Part shown: in pieces, positions 1-9,212 of the stretch
Layout of the letters: each line of letters starts with the position of its first letter
Numbering within the stretch: the stretch's first letter is position 1
Notes under the pieces: generated by a model
The model's database searches: none
What the model saw: the letters and a program-made list of their open reading frames with translations, nothing else
What the model was told of the DNA's origin: nothing
Translations under genes and position numbers: made by a program
Assembly (NCBI GenBank): GCA_027620445.1
Contig: JAQBYG010000001.1
Coordinates: 5,115 to 69,114 of the forward strand
Source: a bacterium
GTDB lineage: Bacteria; Patescibacteriota; Microgenomatia; UBA1400; PJMF01
DNA length: 64,000 bases
Reading direction: 5' to 3'

Positions 1-1008
1 GAGCAAACGAATGATGTCATCTGCAAATGCTTGCAAGTTTCCATCAGGCGCGAGCAAGCCAGTCTCGTTGTGTAGAATAATTTCATTTCCTGGCCCATGA
101 TCAAAGGCGACTACAGCTTTGCCGAGAGCCATTCCCTCACAAGCAACTAATCCAAAACCCTCGAGCGGCCAAATTGATGGAACCGCGCACACCCTTGCCT
201 TCGCTAAGATTTCCAACGCATCGGGAACTCGGCCCATAAACGTGATAGAGTCCTGCACTCGAAGTTTCTTCGCAAGATGGCGTACCGTTGGTAGAAAGGA
301 CCCTTCCCCTACGAGAGTCAAGTGTGCACGAGGAACTTTTTTTAGAACCAATGCGAAAATGTGTACCAATACATCCTGTCCTTTACCTTTTTCCATGCGA
401 GAAATGCAAACGATCTCTGGTTTTTTTGATAACACTGTAATCGACTTACGTTGTATTCTCCTCCCACAAGGGATCATGGTGAGTTGCTCTTTTTTTAAAA
501 GATTTTCAGACAACAATCCACGCTGAGAATGGCGTGATGACGTAATCACTGTATCAGTAAATCTGGCTGCCAACTTGTACCAAAATCGAGGTACTCCCAA
601 AAACTTTTTAAATAAAGTAGATAACGGAGCAAACTCTATCCAAACAACTCGAACACCAAGCAGATACGCCCACCAGGAAACAAACAACTTTTCCGCAAAA
701 CCAGACACAAGAAAAACATCTCGCTCGCGCTCTCGCCAGACAATGATTCCGTAGATAACCCAAGCTGCAGGAAGCAGTGCCACTGCTTTGAGCAAACCTT
801 TCCAGTCGCCGATAATGTCTATTTCTACGGGGATGTGCCGGGAGACAATACCTTCTTTTTGCAGTAACTGCTGAAACGACCGATGATTTGTATATGACGA
901 AACAGTGTACTTATTTTGTTGTAGCTCACTAAGGAGTTCACTGACAAACGTCTCTGCGCCACCCATCCCAAATGTTTGCGAAATGTAGCAGATAGAAAGT
1001 GATCTCAT
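1..1008 (-). CDS. Glycosyltransferase family 1 (GT4-like), partial; N-terminus at 1008, C-terminus runs off the window start
   Basis: Minus-strand frame starting ATG 1008..1006 (MRSLSICYISQTFGMGGAETFV...) is open to position 1. Contains the GT1 signature ...PSIWPLEGFGLVACEGMALGKAVVAFDHGP (E-x7-E). Start overlaps the stop of the downstream GT1 gene by 4 nt. Not in the ORF track because it has no stop inside the window. Confidence 0.7.
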   Translation of the reverse strand, partial: MRSLSICYISQTFGMGGAETFVSELLSELQQNKYTVSSYTNHRSFQQLLQKEGIVSRHIPVEIDIIGDWKGLLKAVALLPAAWVIYGIIVWRERERDVFLVSGFAEKLFVSWWAYLLGVRVVWIEFAPLSTLFKKFLGVPRFWYKLAARFTDTVITSSRHSQRGLLSENLLKKEQLTMIPCGRRIQRKSITVLSKKPEIVCISRMEKGKGQDVLVHIFALVLKKVPRAHLTLVGEGSFLPTVRHLAKKLRVQDSITFMGRVPDALEILAKARVCAVPSIWPLEGFGLVACEGMALGKAVVAFDHGPGNEIILHNETGLLAPDGNLQAFADDIIRLL

Positions 1009-2021
1009 CGATCACTCCAGAGCTCATGATATTGCCTAGCAAGTTTTTCCCACGTTTGTTTTTGGGCCCATTGTTCTGCTGCGAATGGTGATCTCATATC
1101 AGCTGCAAGCGCGGCAACAACTTCATCAGGTGTCGTGGCAATGTGTATCCATTTGGCAAAGGGAGTCAGCTGCAAGTAATCCTTTTTGAACCCTGTTTGG
1201 GCATATGCAATCACTAGTACTCCCGCTGACATACTCTCTAATATTGCTAAATATTGACTCACGAACGCATGCGAGTATTTACCAATGAGCAACCCTGCAT
1301 TTGGCACAAAGCCAAAAAAACGAACAGGCAATTTTTGTTTTTTGCAAACCTTTTCTGCCCATGTTCTTTCGCTGCCATCTCCGTAGACATCAAGCGACAC
1401 ACTCTGGCCATTTTGCTTTGCGATCGCAATGGCTGCAACATACTCTCGAAAACCAGTATCAGGCTCAAGTCGCCCAACAAAGACGGCTTTTTTGGTCGTG
1501 AACCGCGAAGACTTTTTGTGTGTAGTTAGAACCGCGCCATAGGAGATCTCATCGCTCACAACTCCATACCATTTTGTGTGAAATCCCCCAATGCACAAAT
1601 TCCCACGCGTCAGCTTCGCCGCTAACTGGTGCCAAAATTTTTGTTTACTACTTGGGCCATCGATTAACTCATAGCCGTGGAAAGTAATATAGATACGCTT
1701 CCACCATAGTACGGGTAGAAATGGCAGCAGCCACCAAAACACGTCGTGCACATGAATAATGTCTGATCGCAAGAATGCGAAGAGACGGCGAGCAACTCTA
1801 AACCATATCGCCAGCTTGTGTGAAAAAATCACATTCTCTTGCCCCAACAGCATACGCTCATTGAAAATGGTAGAGTGGTAACCCAGTTTTTGCAGCTCGG
1901 GAATAAGGTGTGACAAATGTGCTTCTACGCCACCAACGTCGGGTGCAGAGCGACGAGCAAGGTGGAGTACACTTTTTTGCATCTTCACCAGGTATAATAC
2001 TCTCTTATGCAGCTTTGGCAA
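1005..2021 (-). CDS. Glycosyltransferase family 1 (GT4-like)
   Basis: 338 aa. Architecture and motifs of GT-B retaining glycosyltransferases (ARRSAPDVGGVEAHLSHLIPELQKLG N-terminal sugar-acceptor half). Tandem with the upstream partial GT1. Confidence 0.75.
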   Translation of the reverse strand: MPKLHKRVLYLVKMQKSVLHLARRSAPDVGGVEAHLSHLIPELQKLGYHSTIFNERMLLGQENVIFSHKLAIWFRVARRLFAFLRSDIIHVHDVFWWLLPFLPVLWWKRIYITFHGYELIDGPSSKQKFWHQLAAKLTRGNLCIGGFHTKWYGVVSDEISYGAVLTTHKKSSRFTTKKAVFVGRLEPDTGFREYVAAIAIAKQNGQSVSLDVYGDGSERTWAEKVCKKQKLPVRFFGFVPNAGLLIGKYSHAFVSQYLAILESMSAGVLVIAYAQTGFKKDYLQLTPFAKWIHIATTPDEVVAALAADMRSPFAAEQWAQKQTWEKLARQYHELWSDR

Positions 2022-3062
2022 AATAGCAATGCACCGATAATCGGTCTCTCACCCATGGACGGCGTGACCGATCTTCCGTATCGACATATCTACAAAAAGT
2101 ACGGTAACCCTGCAGTGATGTATACAGAGTTTGCGAGTGTTGAAGGCTTATGTCGTGGAGCAGCGCAATTGCTCAAAGACTTTTTGTATGACGAAACCCA
2201 ACGGCCGATCGTGGCGCAAATTTATGGCACAACTCCCAAGTTCTTTCGCCAAATGGCTACAGTCCTTTGTGAGCTTGGATTTGATGGTGTTGATATCAAC
2301 ATGGGTTGCCCTGCCAAAAATGTGGCACATAGTGGCGCGGGTGCTGCGCTCATCAAGACTCCAGACCTGGCACAAGAGATCGTGAGAGAAACAAAAGCGG
2401 GTGTCGAAGACTGGCTGCAAGGAATTGCAGTGAGTGATTTGCCTGATATAACGACAGAAATTGCCAAGATTGTCCAAACGCGTCACGACGCCCTGCCGCA
2501 AGCGTATCAAGAAAAAAGAGCCATTCCGGTGAGTGTCAAAACACGCGTCGGGTATGACAAGCCAGTGATAAGCGATTGGATCCCTCGCCTGCTTGAACTT
2601 GCACCCGCGTGTATCGCGCTGCACGGCCGCACCCTTCGCCAACAATATTCAGGACTGGCAGACTGGGAACGGATTGGTGAGGCGGTTGAGCTGGCGTCTG
2701 GAACCAACACCCTGATGCTTGGTAACGGCGATGTCGATTCTCTCGCTACTGCGCACGAGCGGATAACAACCTATAAACTCGATGGGGTGCTGATCGGACG
2801 AGCGAGTTTCGGCAATCCGTATATTTTCAAGGAAGCGGTCAGTGTGGATGACCCATCACTCTTTTCGATTGCCATCGAACACGCACAGTTGTTTGAAGAC
2901 ACCTATCAACAAAACGATCACTATGCTTTTTTGCCCATGCGCAAAAACTTGGGCTGGTATGTGCGCTCTATTCCCAATGCAAAAGAAGTGCGAGCAGAAC
3001 TCTTCCAGGCTAATTCTGGTGAGCAAGTCAGAACGATACTTACGCGCTACGGGCTGGTGTAA
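2007..3062 (+). CDS. dus: tRNA-dihydrouridine synthase (Dus family)
   Basis: 351 aa. MDGVTDLPYRHIYKKYG..., the FMN-binding TIM barrel, and the catalytic Cys in DINMGCPAKNV, characteristic of DusB/NifR3. Confidence 0.85.
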   Translation: MQLWQNSNAPIIGLSPMDGVTDLPYRHIYKKYGNPAVMYTEFASVEGLCRGAAQLLKDFLYDETQRPIVAQIYGTTPKFFRQMATVLCELGFDGVDINMGCPAKNVAHSGAGAALIKTPDLAQEIVRETKAGVEDWLQGIAVSDLPDITTEIAKIVQTRHDALPQAYQEKRAIPVSVKTRVGYDKPVISDWIPRLLELAPACIALHGRTLRQQYSGLADWERIGEAVELASGTNTLMLGNGDVDSLATAHERITTYKLDGVLIGRASFGNPYIFKEAVSVDDPSLFSIAIEHAQLFEDTYQQNDHYAFLPMRKNLGWYVRSIPNAKEVRAELFQANSGEQVRTILTRYGLV

Positions 3063-3066
3063 ATGC

Positions 3067-3072
3067 TATAAT
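3067..3072 (+). promoter_or_regulatory. Candidate -10 box (TATAAT) 15 nt upstream of tRNA-Val
   Basis: Exact TATAAT hexamer immediately after the dus stop and before the tRNA 5' end. No convincing -35 identified. Confidence 0.3.
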
Positions 3073-3086
3073 CGCTAGAGTTTCTT

Positions 3087-3163
3087 GGTCGCATAGCTCA
3101 GTTGGTTAGAGCGCTGCATTCACATTGCAGAGGTCAAAGGTTCGAATCCTTTTGCGACCACCA
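3087..3163 (+). tRNA. tRNA-Val (anticodon CAC), CCA encoded
   Basis: Cloverleaf read by hand: acceptor GGTCGCA/TGCGACC, D-arm GCTC-AGTTGGTTA-GAGC, anticodon stem CTGCA/TGCAG with loop TTCACAT (CAC), T-arm AGGTC/GGTTCGAATCC-like AAAGG-TTCGAAT-CCTTT, discriminator A, then CCA. Confidence 0.9.
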
Positions 3164-3351
3164 AGAAGTTGCGAGATATGTCATGATTCTATTTGATGTC
3201 CAAATTACAGCAGAAAAACAAGCGATTGTTCCCTAAGCCCTCTCTCACAGAAGAACCTTATCCATATAGAAATTTAATACGAATGAATCCGGTCTTTCAT
3301 ATTTTACTCGAACCAATGTCTAGTCCAGAATAACCTGTTACAATTATCTCC

Positions 3352-3930
3352 GTGATTCTCTCAAAGATAAATGTTAAAAAACTGTTAAAAAGAAGATTAC
3401 TACTAGCACTTGTAGTCATATCTCTCATTTTCTTTAGATACGATTTTGTGTTCTCTCTCTACTCTTATGCTGTTGCTCCTTATGACACTTTTTGGAGCAT
3501 CTTAAACACAAAAGTTTTTCACGACAACGCAGTGACTGGCTTGAGCCTGCAATATCTAGAAACTACCAATCCCAAATTTAATTTTGACAAAATCTTGAAA
3601 AACCAAAACGGTGAGGGCGGATACACAATTAGCATTTTTCTCAATAAGCTCAGAGTTGTCGCCCCAGATAAGAGCATTCTATTAGATAGCTCGCAACTCT
3701 TCCCATCATCATATTTAGTTTCTCACGCTTTGCAGGTGCTGGTGCACAATATTATCATTTTTTCTCTTGTATTTTTTCTCTACACAAGCATACGAGCAAA
3801 TAATTTCCGCCTAAATTTGGAGTATTTTAAAAGCACTTTTTCAATACCCATTATCATAGGACTCGGCATACCAATCACCCTCTTCCTGTTGTTTCTTATG
3901 CTTATACTAGTCACAAGGCCATTCATATAA
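3352..3930 (+). CDS. Hypothetical polytopic membrane protein
   Basis: 192 aa. Several hydrophobic helices and no recognisable domain. AT-rich relative to flanks. In the same frame as the next two ORFs (see findings). Confidence 0.4.
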   Translation: MILSKINVKKLLKRRLLLALVVISLIFFRYDFVFSLYSYAVAPYDTFWSILNTKVFHDNAVTGLSLQYLETTNPKFNFDKILKNQNGEGGYTISIFLNKLRVVAPDKSILLDSSQLFPSSYLVSHALQVLVHNIIIFSLVFFLYTSIRANNFRLNLEYFKSTFSIPIIIGLGIPITLFLLFLMLILVTRPFI

Positions 3931-4164
3931 ATGCCAAATATTCTTCCCCACTTAGTTCCTCGCAGGGTGACAGTTCCTCTATTTGAGCATCAGAATTCGG
4001 CAGTTGTCGGCTACATTCTCTTCTTGTTGTTACTGTCAAGCACGTACAAAGCATTAAAAACAAAGAACCGGGCTTGGAAACAAGCGTCTCTCTTTCTTTT
4101 CATAGCACTTGCCGGTTTAATTTTGACAAATTTGTGGATTGAAAACTTAATTCCTCTGAGATAG
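3931..4164 (+). CDS. Hypothetical small membrane protein
   Basis: 77 aa with two predicted TM helices. Its ATG directly abuts the TAA of the previous ORF (TAAATG). Confidence 0.3.
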   Translation: MPNILPHLVPRRVTVPLFEHQNSAVVGYILFLLLLSSTYKALKTKNRAWKQASLFLFIALAGLILTNLWIENLIPLR

Positions 4165-4176
4165 AAGCGTCGCTAT

Positions 4177-5709
4177 ATGCTTGCCAAACAGCTACAACTA
4201 ACCTTAGTAGCCCTCGCCCTCGTTTGCTACCTCCCCTTTTTGGGCAACAAACTGGTTTGGGATGACGAACAGTTTATCTATAGCAACGCGCATGTGCGCA
4301 ACTTTGCAGTTGGGAAAATCTTCACCACCAGCACAACTGATGGCGCTGGAATTATTAGTAACTACTACCGCCCATTTACGACCTTGAGCTTTGCAATTGA
4401 TCAGCAATTTTGGGGACTTAATCCAGTTGGTTACCACTTGCCAAATATGTTGCTCCATCTCGGATCAGGGCTATTGCTGTTCTACCTGCTGTACCTCATT
4501 GGACTTTCTCGGAACGTGAGTTTTTGGATCAGCGCCCTTTTTATCATTCATCCGATCCAAACAGAAGCAGTCGTGTATGCCAACTCGCGCGGAGATTCGC
4601 TCTACACATTTTTTGCCATCCTCGCGCTGACTAGTTTTTTGTATGCTTACAAACAGAAATCGTTGGCGCTGCGCTTTTATGAACAAAGGTTTGTGATCAA
4701 ACCACTCATCTTTGCAATCGCCACACCGCTGTTGTACCTCAGTAGTATTCTGAGCAAGGAAATCGGTATCGCCACACTTGGTTTATTTGGTCTTGTCTAC
4801 TTACAACAAATTTTAACAAATCAAAAGAAACATGCATTTCGAAAAATAGATATTGCAGTTCTGGTCGGAGTGGGAGTTATCGCGGGCGTGTATTTGTGGC
4901 TTCGTGGCAGTGTACTCAACTTTGATAATTCTTACAACTTCTACAGTAATGCCTCACTTTACGGTTCAAGTATTGTGGTGCGACTACTCACCTTTAGCAA
5001 GGTCATTTGGATTTATTTTCAGCTCCTCCTTGCACCATTCCCACTCCACATGGAACGGGATATCGAGCTCGTCACAACGCTGCGCTCAATCTTTCCTTGG
5101 GCAACACTTGCGCTCGTCACGGCTCTGAGCTGGCTTGGCTGGAGGGAGTATAAAAATTCGAGACAAGTATGGATTTGGCTTGGAGTTGGTTGGTTCTTTG
5201 GCATGCTTGCACCCGTTTCGGGTATTATTCCGATAAACGGCATACTGTATGAGCACTGGTTGTATGTACCAATGATCGGGTTTTTTATCTGTATTTTTGG
5301 GTTGTTAAAAAATAGTAAAAAGTACTTCAAAAGTAGTGAAAAATATGTACATATCATTTTATCTATCTTTGCAGCAATTTTGATTATTCTGACCCTGAGA
5401 CAAAACTATATTTGGGGCTCACCGATTCGGTTTTACTCTCACTTGCTTCAATACACGGAAAGCGCGCGGATTCATAATAATGTCGCCATGGCGTACGCCG
5501 ATGAACAGGAGCTTGAAAAAGCCTTAGAACACTACGAAAGGTCGCTTGAAATCGCACAGGTATATCCACAAACCTACTACAACATGGCAAATCTCTACAT
5601 CGCGATGGGGAAGTACGAAGAAGCAATTCCACTCTTGGAAAAGGCCCTAGAGCTTGCGCCAGAGTTTGGCTTGGCAGAACAAAAATTGAACGCGCTACAC
5701 TCTAGGTAA
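4177..5709 (+). CDS. Polytopic membrane protein with C-terminal TPR repeats (PMT_2/TMTC-like putative glycosyltransferase family)
   Basis: 510 aa. N-terminal TM helix followed by WDDEQFIYSNAHV motif typical of bacterial TMTC/PMT-like TPR proteins, about 10 TM helices, and a C-terminal TPR region (NVAMAYADEQELEKALEHYERSLEIAQVYPQTYYNMANLYIAMGKYEEAIPLLEKALEL). Confidence 0.6.
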   Translation: MLAKQLQLTLVALALVCYLPFLGNKLVWDDEQFIYSNAHVRNFAVGKIFTTSTTDGAGIISNYYRPFTTLSFAIDQQFWGLNPVGYHLPNMLLHLGSGLLLFYLLYLIGLSRNVSFWISALFIIHPIQTEAVVYANSRGDSLYTFFAILALTSFLYAYKQKSLALRFYEQRFVIKPLIFAIATPLLYLSSILSKEIGIATLGLFGLVYLQQILTNQKKHAFRKIDIAVLVGVGVIAGVYLWLRGSVLNFDNSYNFYSNASLYGSSIVVRLLTFSKVIWIYFQLLLAPFPLHMERDIELVTTLRSIFPWATLALVTALSWLGWREYKNSRQVWIWLGVGWFFGMLAPVSGIIPINGILYEHWLYVPMIGFFICIFGLLKNSKKYFKSSEKYVHIILSIFAAILIILTLRQNYIWGSPIRFYSHLLQYTESARIHNNVAMAYADEQELEKALEHYERSLEIAQVYPQTYYNMANLYIAMGKYEEAIPLLEKALELAPEFGLAEQKLNALHSR

Positions 5710-5732
5710 GGTTCTCGCTGTAAGCTCTCTGC

Positions 5733-6374
5733 ATGTTGCGACAATCACTCGTGCTCCTGAGAGAACTCCTCTGGCCACAAGCTTGCGCTGGCTGTGGTAC
5801 CTGGTTTTCTCCCCTCTGCCCCTATTGCTACAACAAACTGTCGTTTCATCTCTTACCCAAAACCTATGAGCTGAGTGACAAATCTACTTTGACTGTCTGG
5901 AGCATGCTGGAGTTCGACGAGCGCGTGCGAACGCTCATTCACCGCCTCAAGTATCAAGGTATGAGTGAGACAGCACCGCTACTGGCTGACCTGTTGTACT
6001 TTGCGAGCTACATCCCGCCCGCTGATATCATTGTTCCCATTCCCTTACACCGGAGCCGAAAGAAACTGCGCGGCTACAACCAATCAGAGCTCATCGCCAA
6101 ACGACTAGCACACCATCTGCAAATTCCTGTTCTTCCTGCAGTACTACGCCTTGTGGCATCTGCCCAACAGGTAAAAACTACTTCTCGCGAAGAACGACTT
6201 CACAACTTAGCAGGACACTTTGTTCTGGCTCCAGAGTATCAAGCAGCTTTGCTCGGCAAACGAATCTTGCTCATCGACGACGTCCTCACCACTGGCGCGA
6301 CCCTCACTGCCTGCGCAGAGGTGCTGCTGAGAGCAGAGCCAAAAGAGATTTTGGGGCTCACTGTTGCACATTGA
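5733..6374 (+). CDS. comFC: ComF-family phosphoribosyltransferase (ComFC-like)
   Basis: 213 aa. N-terminal double CxxC zinc ribbon (CAGCGTWFSPLCPYC) plus C-terminal PRTase PRPP-binding loop ILLIDDVLTTGATL. Confidence 0.75.
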   Translation: MLRQSLVLLRELLWPQACAGCGTWFSPLCPYCYNKLSFHLLPKTYELSDKSTLTVWSMLEFDERVRTLIHRLKYQGMSETAPLLADLLYFASYIPPADIIVPIPLHRSRKKLRGYNQSELIAKRLAHHLQIPVLPAVLRLVASAQQVKTTSREERLHNLAGHFVLAPEYQAALLGKRILLIDDVLTTGATLTACAEVLLRAEPKEILGLTVAH

Positions 6375-6385
6375 GCAAAATACCC

Positions 6386-6391
6386 TATAAT
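6386..6391 (+). promoter_or_regulatory. Candidate -10 box (TATAAT) 12 nt upstream of tmRNA 5' end
   Basis: Exact TATAAT between the comF stop and the GGGGATG 5' end of the tmRNA. Confidence 0.35.
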
Positions 6392-6403
6392 CTTTGGCAC
6401 GTC

Positions 6404-6817
6404 GGGGATGTATTGCTTTGACGTATGGCGCTCATTAACATCGGCAGGTCATCTTTGATAACAGATGTAAAACAGATCAAAACATAACTGCAAATTTCAT
6501 TCGCAGCACAGTTGCAAAGGTGAATCAAGTTGCTACGCAAGTAGCTTCCTACTTCTCCCCAGCTCCTTCAGCTTACGCTTTCGCGTAATCTGACATTTAG
6601 CATTTCACTCTCATGGGTGGTGAGTGCTAGGTGGGAACCCAGCCCGTGTGACTTGATGAATTGTTCGGTTTATTCATCACCAAGCTAATAACGACCGAGG
6701 TTGTCGCTGTATGGTTTGACCATTTCCCGCAGCGGCAATTAACCAAAGATGTTCTATACCTGTAGATGCTGTTAGTGTTCACGTACGGACGGGGGTTCAT
6801 TGCCCCCCATCTCCACA
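6404..6817 (+). ncRNA. ssrA: tmRNA (SsrA), standard one-piece form
   Basis: 5' GGGGATGTATTGCTTTGACG (compare E. coli GGGGCUGAUUCUGGAUUCGACG) and 3' GGACGGGGGTTCATTGCCCCCCATCTCCA-CA. T-arm GGGGG/TTCATTG/CCCCC. Acceptor stem 5' GGGGATG with 3' CATCTCC includes the G3:U70 wobble (alanine identity), then discriminator A. Internal tag reading frame ends ...SPAPSAYAFA-TAA (stop at 6586..6588). Lies in a 460-nt gap with no credible ORF. Confidence 0.85.
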
Positions 6818-6836
6818 TCTGGGATTTTGTCGAACA

Positions 6837-7622
6837 TCAAAACGACAACGAATCTAAAAACCCTGCAAATCCTGTTGCTTGTGTTTCTTCACTCACTTCT
6901 CCAGTTTCATCATTCAGTACCACTTCCGTTTCTACCTGTCGCTTGATAAATCCCAGCAGTCGCTTCGTCACACGTACTTTTTGGCGATACTCTATCTCTT
7001 GCGTGTCTGAGTTTACCGAAACTTCTGCCTCATCGAGTGCGTCTCCTTCAGAAAAAAGACCGACTGCTCTCATTCGCTCAATTGCTTGATCAGGTAAGTG
7101 TTTGAGAGTGCGCTGCTCTCCAGACGGGGTAATAAGGGAAACTTCATTGGTCTCTGAGTTGAGTTCAAACTGCAACCCCTCGGGGATGCTCGCTTTTACC
7201 TGGCGAGATTCCAGCTCAAGTCTGTGTTCATCTCTAGAATCTTTGGTCTTGAGACGCACGGGTTCTGCATCAGACTGAAACTGCATGTCTAGTCGATCAG
7301 CCTCGAGCTGCTCGATCCTTTCTGGCTTGTCTCTCATGACTCGCTCGTCACTCTGAGATCCGCTTGGGGTCGGACGAAGCTCTATTTCGGTGCGCTCACC
7401 AGTTTTCTCCACCCGCACCCGCTGCTTTTGCCTCGTCAAAATCTGTTCTCGCTGAGAATCTTTGGCTCGCCCAGTACGAACTTCAGGGTCTGACTCGCCC
7501 AACACAGTATTTTGAAACACCGAAACAACTCCATCTGATACAACCACCTCAAGCGCGCGAACATCTTGCGAAGCAACGGAAAATATAAAAAAAGCAGCCA
7601 GCACCGCTATCTTTTTCAGCAC
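6837..7622 (-). CDS. Hypothetical secreted protein, charged and low-complexity
   Basis: Track ORF 6837..7697. Start trimmed to GTG at 7622 (V)LKKIAVLAAFFIFSVASQDVRA, which gives a classical signal peptide and avoids overlap with the murI promoter and start. Rest is E/R/D-rich with no known domain. Confidence 0.45.
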   Translation of the reverse strand: MLKKIAVLAAFFIFSVASQDVRALEVVVSDGVVSVFQNTVLGESDPEVRTGRAKDSQREQILTRQKQRVRVEKTGERTEIELRPTPSGSQSDERVMRDKPERIEQLEADRLDMQFQSDAEPVRLKTKDSRDEHRLELESRQVKASIPEGLQFELNSETNEVSLITPSGEQRTLKHLPDQAIERMRAVGLFSEGDALDEAEVSVNSDTQEIEYRQKVRVTKRLLGFIKRQVETEVVLNDETGEVSEETQATGFAGFLDSLSF

Positions 7623-7658
7623 AGTTACACTATAGCTAATACTGTTAAAATACGCTAC

Positions 7659-8327
7659 ATGAAAATTGGTCTGATTGACTCCGGCATTGGTGGGCACACC
7701 ATACTACACGCAGCAAAAGAAAAGTTGCCTGAGCATGAGTACATCTACTTTGCCGATACAGAACACTTCCCCTACTCTCGGCGCTCCACAGAGAATTTAA
7801 TCGAACTGGCAAAAGAACACACACACGCTCTGATCGAAAAACAAGGCTGCGAAATCATTGTCTTGGCCTGCAATACCCTGAGTGTGGCAGCGCTGGCTGC
7901 GGTCCGAGAGGCGTTTCCTGACACCAAGTTTGTCGGTACCGTACCTCCAGTAGCACCTGCTACACACCTGTTAGGAGCGGGTCAATCTATTTTAGTCCTG
8001 GCAACAGAACGAACTGCCAAAAGCCAGTATCTCCAACACTTGCTACAGCCGTACCCTGATCAGGATTGGGTTGTGGTTGGCTCAACCGATCTGGTAGAAG
8101 CAATAGAAGCCGAAGATAGTGAGAAAATTGCAAGCATACTAGCGGACATTAAAGCGTCGCAAGCTAACAAACAGTTTTCTGGCATTGTCCTTGGGTGTAC
8201 ACACTTTCCATTGGCCGCAAAACAAATTCAAAATAACTGGCCAGAAGCAGTGTTGTTCTCACCCAGCGATGGGGTCGTAAAACAGCTTAGTAAACTACTT
8301 ACTCTTGATGGCGCCGAAAGCCAGTGA
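7659..8327 (+). CDS. murI: Glutamate racemase
   Basis: MKIGLIDSGIGGHTILHAAKEKLPEHEYIYFADTEHFPYS... with catalytic Cys regions (IVLACNTLS, VLGCTHFP). Start moved to the internal ATG 7659 that matches the MurI N-terminus. Confidence 0.85.
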   Translation: MKIGLIDSGIGGHTILHAAKEKLPEHEYIYFADTEHFPYSRRSTENLIELAKEHTHALIEKQGCEIIVLACNTLSVAALAAVREAFPDTKFVGTVPPVAPATHLLGAGQSILVLATERTAKSQYLQHLLQPYPDQDWVVVGSTDLVEAIEAEDSEKIASILADIKASQANKQFSGIVLGCTHFPLAAKQIQNNWPEAVLFSPSDGVVKQLSKLLTLDGAESQ

Positions 8328-9209
8328 CATTACAAGAGTGATCGGCAACCAGATTAACATATAGAGCGCAGTCAGCAGCAGCGTGTGCCAGACAAAGTAA
8401 CCAAGCGTTTGCAAAACTCCCCAACCCATCTCTAGTAACTCCCAGCCTGTAGGTCGCGCAGTTGGGTCGAAGTAGCGAGCTCCATCGGACACCGAAACAT
8501 CTACTCGCGCGTACTGTACATTTTCTTCGACAGAGTCTTTTGAGTTTTCAAGATTTTTGATCTGTGTTTGTAGGCGCTGCAGCTGCAGCTCCAATCTTTT
8601 TCTCTCCGAGAGGGTAAGATCATTTTCTGAATCAGCTAAATCTACTTGGATGATTGCGACTTCATCTTGGAGCGCTGCGATCTTTTCTGTTACCGAGACG
8701 TATTGGCCAGTTTCATCTTGAATTGAGGTACTCTCAGAAACAACCGTAACGACATCTTCCTTGATTGCAGACAGTACAAGAGACACACTCTCGCTTGGAA
8801 CGCGAGCAGAAATACTGCCTACCTTGTAGCGACCATACTTCTCGATACTTTGCGAAAGCACCCTACCATCCTGAGCTAAAATTGCTGCGCGCACTCGCTC
8901 GGTATAGTCACTTACGTCACGGACAACGAGCTGCGAATATGAGCTTGTACTGTATAACCGCTGATCTACATCGAGCGCCTCATCTTCTGGGTACCACGGC
9001 ATGGTCTCTGGAGCTGGCACCATCATTTTTTGTTCGTACATTGGCTCGCCCTCTGAAACGCGCATTGATATAGAGTCCGATACCATTATCGGGAAGCGCT
9101 CATCCATATGACGCCACGACATAAACTGTTGAGATAAATGCAACACCGCCGTTGCAAGCGAGAGTAGAAACGCAATCGCGATGAGCTTTCTTGAGAACAA
9201 CTTGGACAT
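8295..9209 (-). CDS. Membrane protein with central coiled coil (DUF4349-like architecture)
   Basis: 304 aa. N-terminal signal anchor, a long coiled-coil segment (LTLSERKRLELQLQRLQTQIKNLENSKDSVEENV) and C-terminal two TM helices. The family name is tentative. Confidence 0.45.
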   Translation of the reverse strand: MSKLFSRKLIAIAFLLSLATAVLHLSQQFMSWRHMDERFPIMVSDSISMRVSEGEPMYEQKMMVPAPETMPWYPEDEALDVDQRLYSTSSYSQLVVRDVSDYTERVRAAILAQDGRVLSQSIEKYGRYKVGSISARVPSESVSLVLSAIKEDVVTVVSESTSIQDETGQYVSVTEKIAALQDEVAIIQVDLADSENDLTLSERKRLELQLQRLQTQIKNLENSKDSVEENVQYARVDVSVSDGARYFDPTARPTGWELLEMGWGVLQTLGYFVWHTLLLTALYMLIWLPITLVMSLAFGAIKSK

Positions 9210-9212
9210 TGC

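Noticed and set aside
119-526. Plus-strand ORF (135 aa) at the window start
   Set aside because: It lies entirely antisense to the partial GT1 gene, which has clear family motifs, and has no motifs of its own. Treated as a spurious antisense ORF.
6404-6817. Possibility that the tmRNA region encodes the 107-aa plus ORF (6766..7089) or the 63-aa minus ORF (6627..6818)
   Set aside because: Both overlap the tRNA-like 3' domain of the tmRNA and are low-complexity. The RNA-gene interpretation explains the conserved ends and the G:U pair.
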